Below, piece after piece: positions 46,673-59,135 of a DNA stretch of 64,000 nt. The stretch is from Histomonas meleagridis 2922-C6/04-290x (taxonomy: Eukaryota > Protista > Parabasalia): assembly GCA_020184695.1 (NCBI GenBank), contig JAANOX010000017.1, forward strand, positions 471,283 to 535,282, in the 5' to 3' direction. A program made the position numbers and the translations under genes. The notes beneath the pieces are model-generated. The model had not been told where the DNA came from. It ran no database searches and saw only the letters and a program-made list of their open reading frames with translations. Positions within the stretch are counted from its first letter, which is position 1. Every line of letters begins with the position of its first letter.

Positions 46673-48402
46673 ATGATGAATGAATGGGAAAGCCTAAAAA
46701 CTATTACTGATATCATTTATAATATGAACAGTGAAAATGTTCTCAATTCAACAAATTTGATCATTAACAAATTTGATCATTAACAAATTTGATAAGGATC
46801 AACCATACTCTTTTAACTTAATTGTTAGCCAGATGATACACACATTGTTTCCTATTAAAATGAATAATTTAGAAGTGTATTTGAATTTCATTAAAGAAAT
46901 TGAAATATTTGAAAGAAATAATAATTCCAAATCCTATATTTTTGATGTACTTTCTAGTTTTCTTCTGAATTCATACACAAATGTTTCTAATTATATTCTT
47001 GAAAAAATGGTAGAATACAACCTTATTAATCCAAAAATTATTAAAACAAAAAAGAGTCCATATTTTGCCAATTACATGACAAAAGAAGAAATAAATAACA
47101 TAAAATTCCCTGTTTTTCGTAGACAAATCCTTGATAATTATGGAGAACTTTCAAAGAATGATTGGGAACTTCATAAACAATTAATTGCAGAAGGACATAA
47201 TCCAAATGAAATAGCAAAGATAATTCGAAATGATGAAATCGAAAAACTTCAAGAAATGTCATCACAAAATGATTTTGATTTTAATCAATATATTGAAGAA
47301 TCACTTTATGAAAAATGTGATTTTATTAATCTTTATAATGTTAAATTAATTGATTATGCAGCATTTTTTGGATCTATTAAATGTTTCAAATATTTACTTA
47401 TAAATGGTGGAAAATTAAATAACACAGGTCAATATGCAATTGCAAGTGGAAATGAAGAAATTATTCATTTATGTGAACAAAATCATTCATCATTTGAAGA
47501 TGCATATGAAACAGCAATTAAATTTCACCGAAATGATATCTTTAAATATATTTATGAAAATAAAATTATTGAAATTAAAGATTTAACTGAATTAGCAATA
47601 ATATGTATACAATTACATAATTATGAAATTTTTTTATTTTTACTAGAAAAAGGCATGAAAATTAAAAAAGTTATTATAAATGAATCTGCAAGAATAGGTA
47701 ATTTATATCTTGCTAATTATTTCCTTAAAACCATTAAATTTCCGAATGATATTTTGGTGTATTCTTCACAATCAGGAAATATCGAACTTGTGAAATATGT
47801 TTTAAGTCTAAAAAAAATCAATCTAAACTTTAAATATATTTATAAATAATTTTTGCTTGTGAATCACTTTTAACAGCTTCTAGATACGGTTATATAGAAA
47901 TAACTAAATTACTTCTTGATCAAGATGGAATCGATGCTAATTATAAAAATTTTATTTGTTATATTAATTTTGTATTTCGAAATAATATTTGGAAATTATT
48001 TAAATTATTTGAAACAGCACTTATTATAGTAACTAAATATGGTTATACAGAAATAGTTAAATTACTTCTTGAACAAAAAGGAATTGATATTAATGTTAAA
48101 AGTATTTATTTGATTTATTTCTTATTTGTCTCAATACTTTCGTATTTGAAATTAATATTTGGAAATTTTTCTAAATATTTGAAACAGCATTAATTTTAGC
48201 AGCTAAAAATGGTTATACAGAAATAGTTAAATTACTTCTTGAACAAAAAGGAATTGACATTAATGCTACAGATAATTTTTATTTTAATTATTTAATATCT
48301 CAAAAAAATATTTGGAAATTATTTAAATTATTTTATACAGCACTTATGCATGCCAAAAGATGTGGGAACAAAGAAATTGAAAAATTATTTCTCGCACATT
48401 AA
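46673..48402 (+). pseudogene. Locus E: DUF3447-like/ankyrin gene with 4 cassettes; frameshifted by a 16-nt tandem duplication
   Basis: CAAATTTGATCATTAA is duplicated at 46752-46783; removing one copy fuses ATG 46673 to the 46773..47849 ORF. Last repeat is TALMHAKRCGNKEIEKLFLAH*. Confidence 0.7.
47835..48402 (+). repeat. Ankyrin cassette array E
   Basis: Intervals 153,170,153; decoded KNFCGETAL, KSLRGETAL, TDNNGYTAL; first block degenerate. Confidence 0.8.
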
Positions 48403-48892
48403 GAAATTGGTATAAATATAAATAATAAAAAAAATATATTTATTATTTGCTTTGTTTATGATTTATTTTCTTAACTTTCATGATTTGTTATGAGAATATG
48501 TGAGTATAGAAAATGGGGCATAAATCTATAGAAAAATTTATCAATTTCCATTTCGGAAAAATTTTTAATAAATATTTCGTTTTTATGAAATTTTTTTGTA
48601 TAAATTGCTATTTTTAATTCTATCTCAAGTTCGATGGGTGATACCCATTTTTGTACGTATAGGCCGATTAATGTGTTTTTTATATCATCTTTTTTTTAAC
48701 TCAAGATTAGCATGATATTTCAAGATTATACTTTCCCTGTTAAATCAGGACATAATTTAAAATGTTTTGTTCATGATAGCTATCTAGGTAAATTATTATA
48801 ACTTTATATAGAGAAAAAATCACTGAAATTTCAACAGCCAAGACAAGAAAAAATTTCCGGAAAAAGAAAAAGGAAAATTTAAATCAGTTTAC

Positions 48893-51298
48893 ATGGAATT
48901 ACTTACTATATTAGAGCATGTTATATTTAATTTAACTGAAGAAAATATGGAGATATCAATTGATCAAACCATGAAATTTTTTGATCTTAATTTTCCATAT
49001 TCATCCAATTTTGTTATTAGCAATTTAGTTTATTCTGCATTTTGCTCACAAAAAAACTCAAGTAATATATACATAAATTACTTAAAATCAATTCAAATAA
49101 AAGAAGAAGAAATAAATCCAAAAATAAATGAAATTTTTTCGAATTGTATCGTTCAAATTAATTCACAAGAATCATATTATTTAATAGAGAAAATGATTGA
49201 ACAAAATTTAGTTGATTCAAATATAACCAAAAATATTTTATCAAAATATTTTGCACATTACAAAACTGAAGCAGAAAATAAATCAAATACCAAACAAAAT
49301 AATAAAAAACATGTTTCTGTCTTTGGATTATTTGAAGGTTTTTAAATCGATCCAATAATATATTTTTTTAGAAATTATGAAGAACTTTCAAAGAATGATT
49401 GGGAACTTCATAAACAATTAATTGCAGAAGGACATAATCCAAATGAATTAGCAAACGTAATTCGAAATGATGAAATCGAAAAACTTCAAGAAATATCATC
49501 ACAAAATGATTTTGATTTTAATCAATATGTTGAACCATCACTTTATGAAAGATGTGATTTTATTAATCTTTATAATGTTAAATTAATTGATTATGCAGCA
49601 TTTTTTGGATCTATTAAATGTTTTAAATATTTACTTATAAATGGTGCAAAAGTAGAAAATACAGGTAAATATGCAATTGCAGGTGGAAATGAAGAAATTA
49701 TTCATTTATGTGAACAAAATCATTCATCATTTGAAGATGCATATGAAACAGCAATCAAATACCATAAAAATGATATATTTAAATATATTTATAAAAATAA
49801 ATTTGAAGGAAATCAAAAAGATCACGCATTGTCTAGTGATGATGAAATTAACAGAAGAAGAATTCTAAATAATTATTTACTTATGATTTGTGTATGTAAT
49901 AGCAATTACGAACTATTATCATTTTTAAATAAAGAAGTTGATCAAATTGATACTCATATTATTAATAAAGCAGCAGAAATAGGCAACTTAATTCTTGTTA
50001 AACATTTTCTACAATATAATCAAATGCCTGATGATATTTTGGTTTATTCTTCTCAATCAAAGAACATTGGACTTGTTAAATATATTCTCGAACAAGGAAA
50101 AATTGATATCAATACAAAAGATAATTAATATTTTTATTTAAAATTTATTTTGATAATTTGATATTTCATAATAAAATTTGGAAATTGCATCTAAAAATGG
50201 TAATATAGAATTAGTCAAATTACTTCTTATACAAGAAGGAATTGATATTAATGCTAAAAACGATATTTGTAAAAAATAATTTGATATTCTAAAATAATAT
50301 GTAAAAAAAAATATTTAATTTATTTCAAACAGCACTTATTATAGTAACTAAAAATGATTATATAGATATCGTTAAATTACTTCTTGAACAAGAAGAAATT
50401 GATATTAATGCTAAAGATAGAATTTATTTTAATCATTTTATATTTAAAAATAATATTTGGAAATTATTTAAAATATTTAATACAGCACTAATGTATTCAT
50501 TAATTCCTGCAGGATCTGAAAGTAAATCTGAATAAGATGATCCCATAGAAATATTTAAAATACTTCTTGAGAATAAAGGAGTTGATATTAACGCTAAGAA
50601 TGTTATTTGAGATTGTTTAATGTTTATTGTAAATTCCAAATAAAATCTCAAAATGTTATTTGGAATTTTTTCATATTATTTAAAACAGTACTTATGAATG
50701 CATCTGATATTAATAACACAACAATAGTCAAATTACTTCTCGAACATGGAGGAATTAATATTAACGAAACAGATTGTGTTTATTCTTTTAATTTTTTATT
50801 TATTATCAACATTTGGAAATTATTTAAATTATTTAAAACACCACTTATGATAGCATCTGAATATGGTAACGTTGAAATAGTTAAATTATTACTTGAACAA
50901 AATGGAATTAATATTAATGCCAAAGAAAATGTATAAATGTTTTGTTTTTTATTTATTCAATTGATTTGAAGTTTCAAGCTAAAATATGAAAATTATTCAA
51001 ATTATTTAGAACAGCACTTATGTTTGCATCAAAATACGGAGGGTTAGAAGGTGTTAAATTACTATGTGAACAAGAAGGAATTGAAATCAATGCTTCGGAT
51101 AAATATCATTTCGTTAATTTGCAGTTCCAAAATTAGATTTGGAAATTTATCAAATTATTTAATACAGCACTTTCACTTGCAAATTTTTTTTGTTGTGATA
51201 AAGTAGTAAAGTTTCTTCAGGAAAAAGGAGCAATAAGTAATCTACAAAAAAACAGATTTTACTTATCAAATGGTAATATATATTATAAATGTTTTTGA
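48893..51298 (+). pseudogene. Locus F: DUF3447-like/ankyrin gene with 7 cassettes; in-frame nonsense codons
   Basis: In-frame TAA at 49343 (homology resumes in the same frame, RNYEELSKNDW) and TAA at 50533 inside a 10-codon insertion. Confidence 0.7.
50122..51298 (+). repeat. Ankyrin cassette array F
   Basis: Later intervals 153,203,153,173,153; decoded KDRYGNTAL, TDCFGKTPL, SDKAGNTAL; first two blocks degenerate. Confidence 0.8.
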
Positions 51299-52608
51299 AA
51301 ATATCAAATAAAATAATGAAATAGTACTCAGTACTTCCTCCACGAGAGTATCTCACTTCAAGAAAAACCAATGAATATTTCAGAACGGAAAATAATCGTA
51401 CACAGAATAAGAAAGATCTTGTCATATTACATAATGTAAATATTTACCATATTGAGTTATTAGATTATTACATGTATAAAGATTTCCATGTTAGATTATA
51501 ATTTGAAAAATAAATAATTATATTGTATTTAACAAACTCATAATGAATTTCATCATTTTTTCTCATAACACAATTATGTTAGATTATTGTGATGATTATT
51601 TTCATGAAAACCATCAAAAAAAAAAATCGGAAATATAATCAGAAAATTGGTATAATAAACAAAAAATATTGAATATAAAACGATTAAAAACAATGCAATC
51701 ATTAAAAAATGAAACTTAAAATGAATAGAGAGGAATGGATATAAGAGATAAAAAAATAAATAACATCAGAATATTGTAAAAAATATTTAAAATAAAGTTA
51801 TTGAGAGATATTGGAGAAATTTTGAAAAAAAATTTCAATTGCAAATTACAAGATAACATCATAATATTATCATATTATTTTTTAAATTTAAGATATATAT
51901 AATAATTATGTTGTTTATTTAATACAAGAGAATTATATTTGTATATAAATAATAATAAGAAAAATATATTTGAAAACAGGTTTTTCATGTCCAACTTTTT
52001 AGGTATTTTCTATGCTTTTTGATCGTATTTTCTTGTTATAAACATTTTTATCTCCAAATCAAATAATAATTTATCAAAATAATATTGTAGCATCAATTGG
52101 TATTATTATGTTGTTTATTATATTTCAAAATCAATTTTCATGATTTTTTGATTTTAAAATGAATAGAACTCAATATTAACTGAATATAAATCAAAATTAA
52201 TAAAAAATTTAAATATACCATATAATTCTAAAAAATGTAATAGAGAGATTTTTCAACTTTTTGATTCAAAATGAAATTGATTATCTATCATAAAAAAATT
52301 TCAATTAAAATAATTTAGTATTTAACAAAGAGCATTAATAATTATAAATATTTTTTTGGTTTACATATTAAAATTATAAATATGTATCAATTTATTAACA
52401 AAACAATATTTTTTCGGTGGCGACCGTTTGGAGTACAACCTTAAAAATTCTGAAATAATAAAATGGAAGATTTGCTATTTTTTGAATACAAAATATTTAA
52501 GATTACTATTCCATACAAGAATCGATTTCTTATTCATCAAAACAAAGCAATTTTTATTAACGATCAAAATCAATTGAAAAACAAGGCACCCCAATAATCA
52601 AACCCCAA

Positions 52609-54825
52609 ATGACGCGTTCCCTCCGCGATTTTATCACAGCTGTTCGTTTTGCAGAAAATGCTGAACAAGAAAAATTCATAATATCATCCGAACAAGCCGA
52701 CATGCGATCATATATTCGAAAATGTGAACCAAGTATGCGACCAAGAATTGTCTCCAAGTTAATTTTTCTTGGAACGCTTGGGGAGAATGTATCATATGGT
52801 TACATGGAAGTTCTCACATTAATGAGCCATGAGTTATTTTCATATAAACGGATCGGATACATTGCTGCCTCAGTTATGCTTGACGAAACATCCGAAATCT
52901 CAGTGCTCATTACACAGACAGTTCTCAAAGACCTACAGTCAAATGACCCACAGATTCAATCTTTAGCGTTAGCTTTCATCGCAAATAACGGATCACCCGA
53001 AATGTGCCAAACAGTTTTCACCGAAGTTTTGAAGCACATCAAATCAGTTGACCACAGCGTTGTCAAGAAAGCTGCGCTTGCCTCGTTTCGAATTATTCAA
53101 AAATTACCCGATCTCATGGAGAACTTTACGCAATGTGTTCAACCTCTCATGAAAATTGGGATCCACTCAATCACAACCGCGTGCTTAAATCTGATGGAAC
53201 AACTAATCAAAATTGATCCGTCGTTAATCTCAACATTTCAAAAGTATACCAAACCTCTCACCAAAATACTAAAGCAATTACATGAGTCGCGTCAATCCAA
53301 AGAGTTCTATGTTTCAACATTCAATGATCCATTTCTTCAAATCAAAATCATGAAAATCCTATCTCTCCTTAAGAAGCCATCGCAAGAGCTTGATGACGTC
53401 TTACAGTCCATCGTCACCGGTGTCGACATCCATCGTAACCCTTGTCGGTCACTTTTGTTCCAAGCCGTCGAAACCGTCGTATCCACCGCCAATAATCCAT
53501 CGTTGCGCGGTTTAGCGTTTACACAAGTCGGCCGACTTTTACAGATGAACGATCAGAACGTATTGTATTCCTCTCTATCGGTGTTCTCACGAGTTTTGTA
53601 TATTGGTAACGAAATCATTGGACGTACGAGTAATGACTCGATTGCACTCCAACGGTACAAGTCGCAGATTGTCCACTGTTTGAATAATAGGGATTCTTCT
53701 ATACGTCGTCGTGCACTTAATGTAGTCTCAGCACTTGTTGACGAAACGAATGCGACGACAGTAATTCCGGAAGTTTTAGATTACGTCAAATTGGCCGATT
53801 CTGAATTTCGAGTTGAACTTGTTTCGAAGTTATTTACAGCAATACAAAGGTTTGCGCCGAATGAGAAATGGAACTTCGACATTGTGTATCGGATGTTGTT
53901 AGAGAATGGGAATTATGTCGGTACAGAAATAATATCTTCGTTTTGTAAGATGATTTCACATTCGTTGGAATTACAAAATAATGGAATTAAGGTGTTAAGT
54001 GAATCATTGTTAAGGCATTCAGATAACCAAATATTGGTCCAAGTGGCGTGTTGGGCTATCGGTGAATATTTGCAAGTGGACGACGGAAGCTTCGAGAATA
54101 TGAAAAGAATTATGTTAATGCCTCAGACTTCTGATCAAACTAAAGGTTATATCATTACGGCAATTACAAAGTTGGCCGTTAGAATTAATAAGAAAGATGA
54201 AGCAAAAGAATTCATTGCGAAATTATATAAATCACCAAACCTTGACGTGCAACAACGCGCTGGTGAAATGGTCAACTTATTAAATGAACCAGAAATCGTT
54301 GATGATGTACTTGCTCCTTTAGTACAGAATGAAAATGGTGAACAAACTCTTCAACAGAATCATGAAGATGATTTACTGAATTTAATAGACGATTATAATA
54401 AATCTACAGAACAACAACCTCCACAAAAAGATAATTCATTGTTAGAATCATTAACAGAAACTAATATAACACCACCAAAAGGTGCTGTGGAAGCACTAAG
54501 AATGCCTGATTATGTAATATACTTCGAAGTGGTGAAGAATCCAAATAATTTTAAGCAAATTGCAATTAGAGCATCAATCTTCAATCTAGGAAAAGTGCCA
54601 CTGGAGCGGTTTACGGTTAAGTTTGGGGCACCTAAAAGTTGGATGCTTCAAGTTCAACAGCCTTCAAGCGAAACATTAGAACCAATCGGCGGAAAACCAA
54701 TTTTCCAACAAATGATGGCTGTAACACAAAGTGATATGCCTTTAATGATGAAGGTACAAATAAGTTACATGTACAGATCTCAACCAATTACAGAATCAGG
54801 CGACATAAACCCAATATTTAATTAA
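52609..54825 (+). CDS. AP1G1: AP-1 complex gamma adaptin
   Basis: LRDFITAVR..., KRIGYIAASVMLDE, DSSIRRRAL, DVQQRAGE, C-terminal gamma-ear-like domain. Confidence 0.88.
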   Translation: MTRSLRDFITAVRFAENAEQEKFIISSEQADMRSYIRKCEPSMRPRIVSKLIFLGTLGENVSYGYMEVLTLMSHELFSYKRIGYIAASVMLDETSEISVLITQTVLKDLQSNDPQIQSLALAFIANNGSPEMCQTVFTEVLKHIKSVDHSVVKKAALASFRIIQKLPDLMENFTQCVQPLMKIGIHSITTACLNLMEQLIKIDPSLISTFQKYTKPLTKILKQLHESRQSKEFYVSTFNDPFLQIKIMKILSLLKKPSQELDDVLQSIVTGVDIHRNPCRSLLFQAVETVVSTANNPSLRGLAFTQVGRLLQMNDQNVLYSSLSVFSRVLYIGNEIIGRTSNDSIALQRYKSQIVHCLNNRDSSIRRRALNVVSALVDETNATTVIPEVLDYVKLADSEFRVELVSKLFTAIQRFAPNEKWNFDIVYRMLLENGNYVGTEIISSFCKMISHSLELQNNGIKVLSESLLRHSDNQILVQVACWAIGEYLQVDDGSFENMKRIMLMPQTSDQTKGYIITAITKLAVRINKKDEAKEFIAKLYKSPNLDVQQRAGEMVNLLNEPEIVDDVLAPLVQNENGEQTLQQNHEDDLLNLIDDYNKSTEQQPPQKDNSLLESLTETNITPPKGAVEALRMPDYVIYFEVVKNPNNFKQIAIRASIFNLGKVPLERFTVKFGAPKSWMLQVQQPSSETLEPIGGKPIFQQMMAVTQSDMPLMMKVQISYMYRSQPITESGDINPIFN

Positions 54826-54908
54826 ATGTTAATAAGATAAGTTGTTGCGATTGGTCAATAAGGTTCTTCAAACACAAAAATTAAATAATGTTTTATTAAT
54901 TAATTAAA

Positions 54909-55142
54909 TTATTTTTTGGGTTCTGGCGGCTTTTGTGACTTCTTGGGTTTAAGGCCATTTATCTTTTTGGTAAAATATGGAAGAAGAATATCTTCTTCGA
55001 CATCACGTGGATCTGGTACAACATCAACAAGAAGAGAGGGAAGCGGTGTTGTTTTTTCATCGTCTTCATATTCAGATTGTTCGGTATTGATTTCTTCGCC
55101 TTCTTTCTCTTCTTCTGAAGTGCTGGAACTGGTATCGCTCAT
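54909..55142 (-). CDS. Small acidic hypothetical protein (77 aa)
   Basis: ATG at 55142 preceded by an Inr-like TCACT; MSDTSSSTSEEEKEGEE... Confidence 0.5.
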   Translation of the reverse strand: MSDTSSSTSEEEKEGEEINTEQSEYEDDEKTTPLPSLLVDVVPDPRDVEEDILLPYFTKKINGLKPKKSQKPPEPKK

Positions 55143-55647
55143 TGAGTGAGATAAACTTATCAAAAGCGCGCTAATCCTTTGAAAATAAACTGTTTTTAAA
55201 CGTAATAAACGTCTACTCCGGTGGAACGTCTCAAATAACGTTTTTTTTGTGAACAAAAACATCATCGAAAACACAGCAGATGAAAAGCTAAACAAGAATC
55301 TAAATAATGTGTTAATTCGGAAAAACATTGAAACAAAAACTGTGATGCATTTGTTTTCCATTGATCATGTTTGATTGTAAATTTAACGAATAAGCATAAC
55401 CTTTCGTATTTTACTAATAGCCTCCACCAAGTTTTGTGTGCTTTTAGCCCACAAGAAAAACAGTCTTGTGTTGGCTATTGAAAAGAAGAAGTTTCCAACT
55501 TGGCATGAGAAATTAAAAATGATCATTCCCACTTTTACATAAATATTTTAAATTTTTGTGCACAAAAAAATTTTTAAATAAAACATCATAATGGTTTGTA
55601 TAAAATTCTTTATGAAATGGAAGAGTGTATAGCGGGTCTACCAGAGT

Positions 55648-58001
55648 TTATCCTCTTTTTGCTTCAATCTTTTCTTGAATCAAATTTACAATGTCTTTAT
55701 AACCGTTTTTGGATGCAATCATTAGAGCTGTTTCAAATGTATTAATTAGTTTCTATGTATTGCTTTAAAATTCTAAATTAATACTATAAATTTTAAATAA
55801 AACAAATAAATATTTCTTACATTAACATCAATTCCTTCTTGTTCGAGTAATGATTTCACGATATTTTTGTAACCTTTACTAGATGCATACATAAGTGCTG
55901 TATAAAATAATTTAAACAATTTCCAAATGATATTTTTAAATATCAAACGAATAAAATAAATCTTAAATACTCCAAAAAAATATCAATATTATTAATATCA
56001 ATTCCTTCTTGTTCAAGAAGTAATTTAACTATTTCTGTATAACCACTTTCACATGCATATATAAGTGCTGTTCTAAATAATTCAAATAATTTCCGAACAT
56101 TATTTTGCAATATTAAATAATTAAAATAAATATAAAATAGAATAATTTAATATTTTTGGAATTAATATCAATTCCGTCTTGTTTAAGAAGTAATTTAATT
56201 ACATTTGTATTATATCCCGAAAATGCATACATAAGCGCTGTCAAAAATATTTCAAATAATTTCCAAAAATTATTATAATATTTTAAAATATTAAAATATA
56301 TATTAAATATAACAAATAAATATCTTTACCGTTTATATCAATTCCTTCTTGTTTAAGTAATAACTCAACTATTTTTCCATGATTATCCCAAGATGCTAAC
56401 ATTAGTGCTGTTCGAAATACATTAAATATTTCCCAAATATAATTTTGGAATATAAAATGATTAAATTAAACATTAAATTAAATGAATAAATATCCTTAGC
56501 ATTGACATCAATTCCTTTTTGTTCAAGAAGTAGTTTAACTATTTCTGTATAACCTTTTGAGGATGCTTTAATTAGTGCTGTTTTAAATAATTTGAACACT
56601 TTCCAAATTATATTTTGAAATATCAAATAAAGAATATTTATATCTTTAGCATTAATATTAATTCCTTCTTGTTTAAGAATTAATTTAACTACTTCTATAC
56701 ACCCAAAACCGCATGCCGAAATAAATGCTTTATTAAATAATTTAAATGAATTATAAATAATATTTTGAAATTTCAAAATATTAAAATAAGCATTAAATAA
56801 AATAAACAAAAATTTTCAGTTTTTGTATTAAATTTTTCATGTTCGAGAAGTAATTTAACTACTTCTAAGTTCCCATCAGCAGATGCCAATATAAGTGCAT
56901 TATTAAATAATTTAAATAATTTCCAAATATTATTTTGGGATATCAAATTATAAAATTGAACTTTGAAGATAACAAATAAATATCTTTTGCATTTACATCA
57001 ATTCCTTTTTGTTCAAGAAGTAATTTAAATGTTTCTATGATACAACATTTAGCTGCTTCCATAAAGACTGTTCTAAATAATTTAGACAAATTCCAAAGAT
57101 TATTTTGGCATATACAATTCAAAAAATAAATATTAAATAACATAAATAAACATCTTTAGCGTTGATATCAATTCCTTTTTGTTCAAGAAGTAATCTAATG
57201 ATTTCTCTATGATTATGTTTAGCTGCTATAATAAGTGCTGTTTTAAATAATTTAAATAATTTCCAAATAACATTTTGAAACATGAAATTAAAAATATGAG
57301 TTTTATTTAAAATAAATATATGTCTTGAGAATTAATATCAAATCCTTTTTCTTCAAGAAGTAATTTAACTATATCTGTATGACCATTTGCGGATGCATAC
57401 ATAAGTGCTGTATAAAATAATTTAAACAATTTCCAAATAATATTTTGAATTTCCAAATTATTAAAATAAATATTAAATAAAACAAATAAGAATCTTTGGA
57501 ATTAATATTAAATCCTTTTTGTTCAAGAAGTAATTTGACTATTTCTATGGAACCATTTTCAGCTGCACATATAAGTGCTGTTTTAAATAATTTAAATAAT
57601 TTCTAAATATTATTTTGAAATTTCAAATTATTGTAATAAATAAAAAACAAAGTAAAATAATATTGTATATATAAATATTAATTCCTTCTTGTTCAAGAAG
57701 TAATTTGACTATTTCTGTATAACCATTTCCAGATGCTAGGATAAATATAGTATTAAATACTTTTAATAATTTCCAAATGTTATTTTAAAATTGAAAATTA
57801 TTGTAATGAATTATAAATAAAATAAATGAATATCTCTTTCATTTATATCAAATCCTTTTTGTTCAAGAAGTAATTTAGTTAATTCCAGATGACCATTTGA
57901 AACTACAAAGAAAAGTAGTTTTTGAATTAATTTAAATGAATTTCAAATATTATCTTAATATATCAAAATCTTAAAAAAAATCTTATATATAAACAAATAT
58001 A
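55648..58001 (-). repeat. Ankyrin cassette array G
   Basis: Cassette starts from 57921 down to 55731; 12 of 13 intervals are exactly 170 nt and one is 150. Confidence 0.92.
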
Positions 58002-59060
58002 TCTAGCATTAATATCAATTACTTCTTGTTTAAGTAAAAAGTTAAGTATTTCATAATTAATGAATTTACCAGTTAAAAATAACTTAATAATTCTTTCTCC
58101 TAAATTTTTGGTTTCACTAATTTTATTTTCATAAATATAATGAAAGATATCATTTCGATGATATTCAATTGCTGCTTCATATGCATCTTCAAATGATGAA
58201 TGATTTTGTTCACATAAATGAATAATTTCTTCATTTCCACCTGCAACAGCATATTTACCTGTATTACTTACATCTGCATCATTCATAAGTAAATATTTGA
58301 AACATTTAACTGATCCAAAAAATGCTGCATAATCAATTAATGTAACATTTTTTTGATTAATAAAATCACATCTTTCATAAAGTGATGGTTCAACATATTG
58401 ATTAAAATCAAAATCATTTTGCGATGATATTTCTTGAAGCTTTTCTATTTCATCATTTCGAATTACTTTTAATATTTTGTTCGGATTATGTCCTTCTTCA
58501 ACTGATTTTTTATGATGTTCAAAATCATTATTTGATAGTTTTTCATAAACTTCTTTGTGATAATTCCACATGTAATATTGCTTATTTATGTCATTTGGCA
58601 ATTTATTAGGAAAATGATGTGCAAAATAATAAGTCCTTTTATTTTCAACTAAATTTAATGAAACTAAATTCATTCCAATCATTTTTTCTAGAATAAAATA
58701 TGATTCTTGTGAGTTTATATCAAGAAGAAAATCTCTGAATTTATTAATCAATTCATAATTACTTTTGGTGATTTCTTGTTCTTTTATTTCAATTTGTTTC
58801 ATGAAATTAATATATAAATTAATATCTTTCATTTGTGAAAGAATTGATGAATATATCAATCTACTAAGAATTAAGCTTGAGCAAGACGAAACATAATCAT
58901 TATTTATTTGATCTATAGTAGCACGGGTTGATTCTAAAATATTATCTTCACTCAAGTTAAAAATAATTTTTTCAAAAGATATAAAATAATGCATAAGAGC
59001 AGTTGAGGAATAATGAATTAATTGATCAGGTTTAAACCAAATTTTAAAAATGTTGTTCAT
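55648..59060 (-). CDS. Locus G: DUF3447-like/ankyrin protein with 14 spacer-interrupted cassettes
   Basis: Intact 365-aa N-terminal ORF ending in the first spacer block; final repeat TALMIASKNGYKDIVNLIQEKIEAKRG*. Confidence 0.75.
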
Positions 59061-59135
59061 TTAGAAGATTGGTTATTTTTCGTAAACTATTCAAATATCA
59101 AGTTTATGTAAACTATTTAAAAAGTTATTAAAGTG

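Noticed and set aside
55648-58001. CRISPR-like repeat-spacer array
   Set aside because: Eukaryotic context, no cas genes, and the conserved units are protein-coding ankyrin segments.
11919-59060. Frame breaks in the ankyrin arrays as sequencing or assembly errors
   Set aside because: The same 170-nt and 153-nt architecture recurs in more than 50 cassettes at seven loci on both strands with divergent sequence. Errors may explain individual 18- or 19-nt spacers only.
11919-59060. Alternative genetic code (TAA/TAG read as Gln)
   Set aside because: Conserved genes (RPB10, centrin, TOR, Rab) end in ordinary TAA, and stop reassignment would not fix the 68-nt frame shift.
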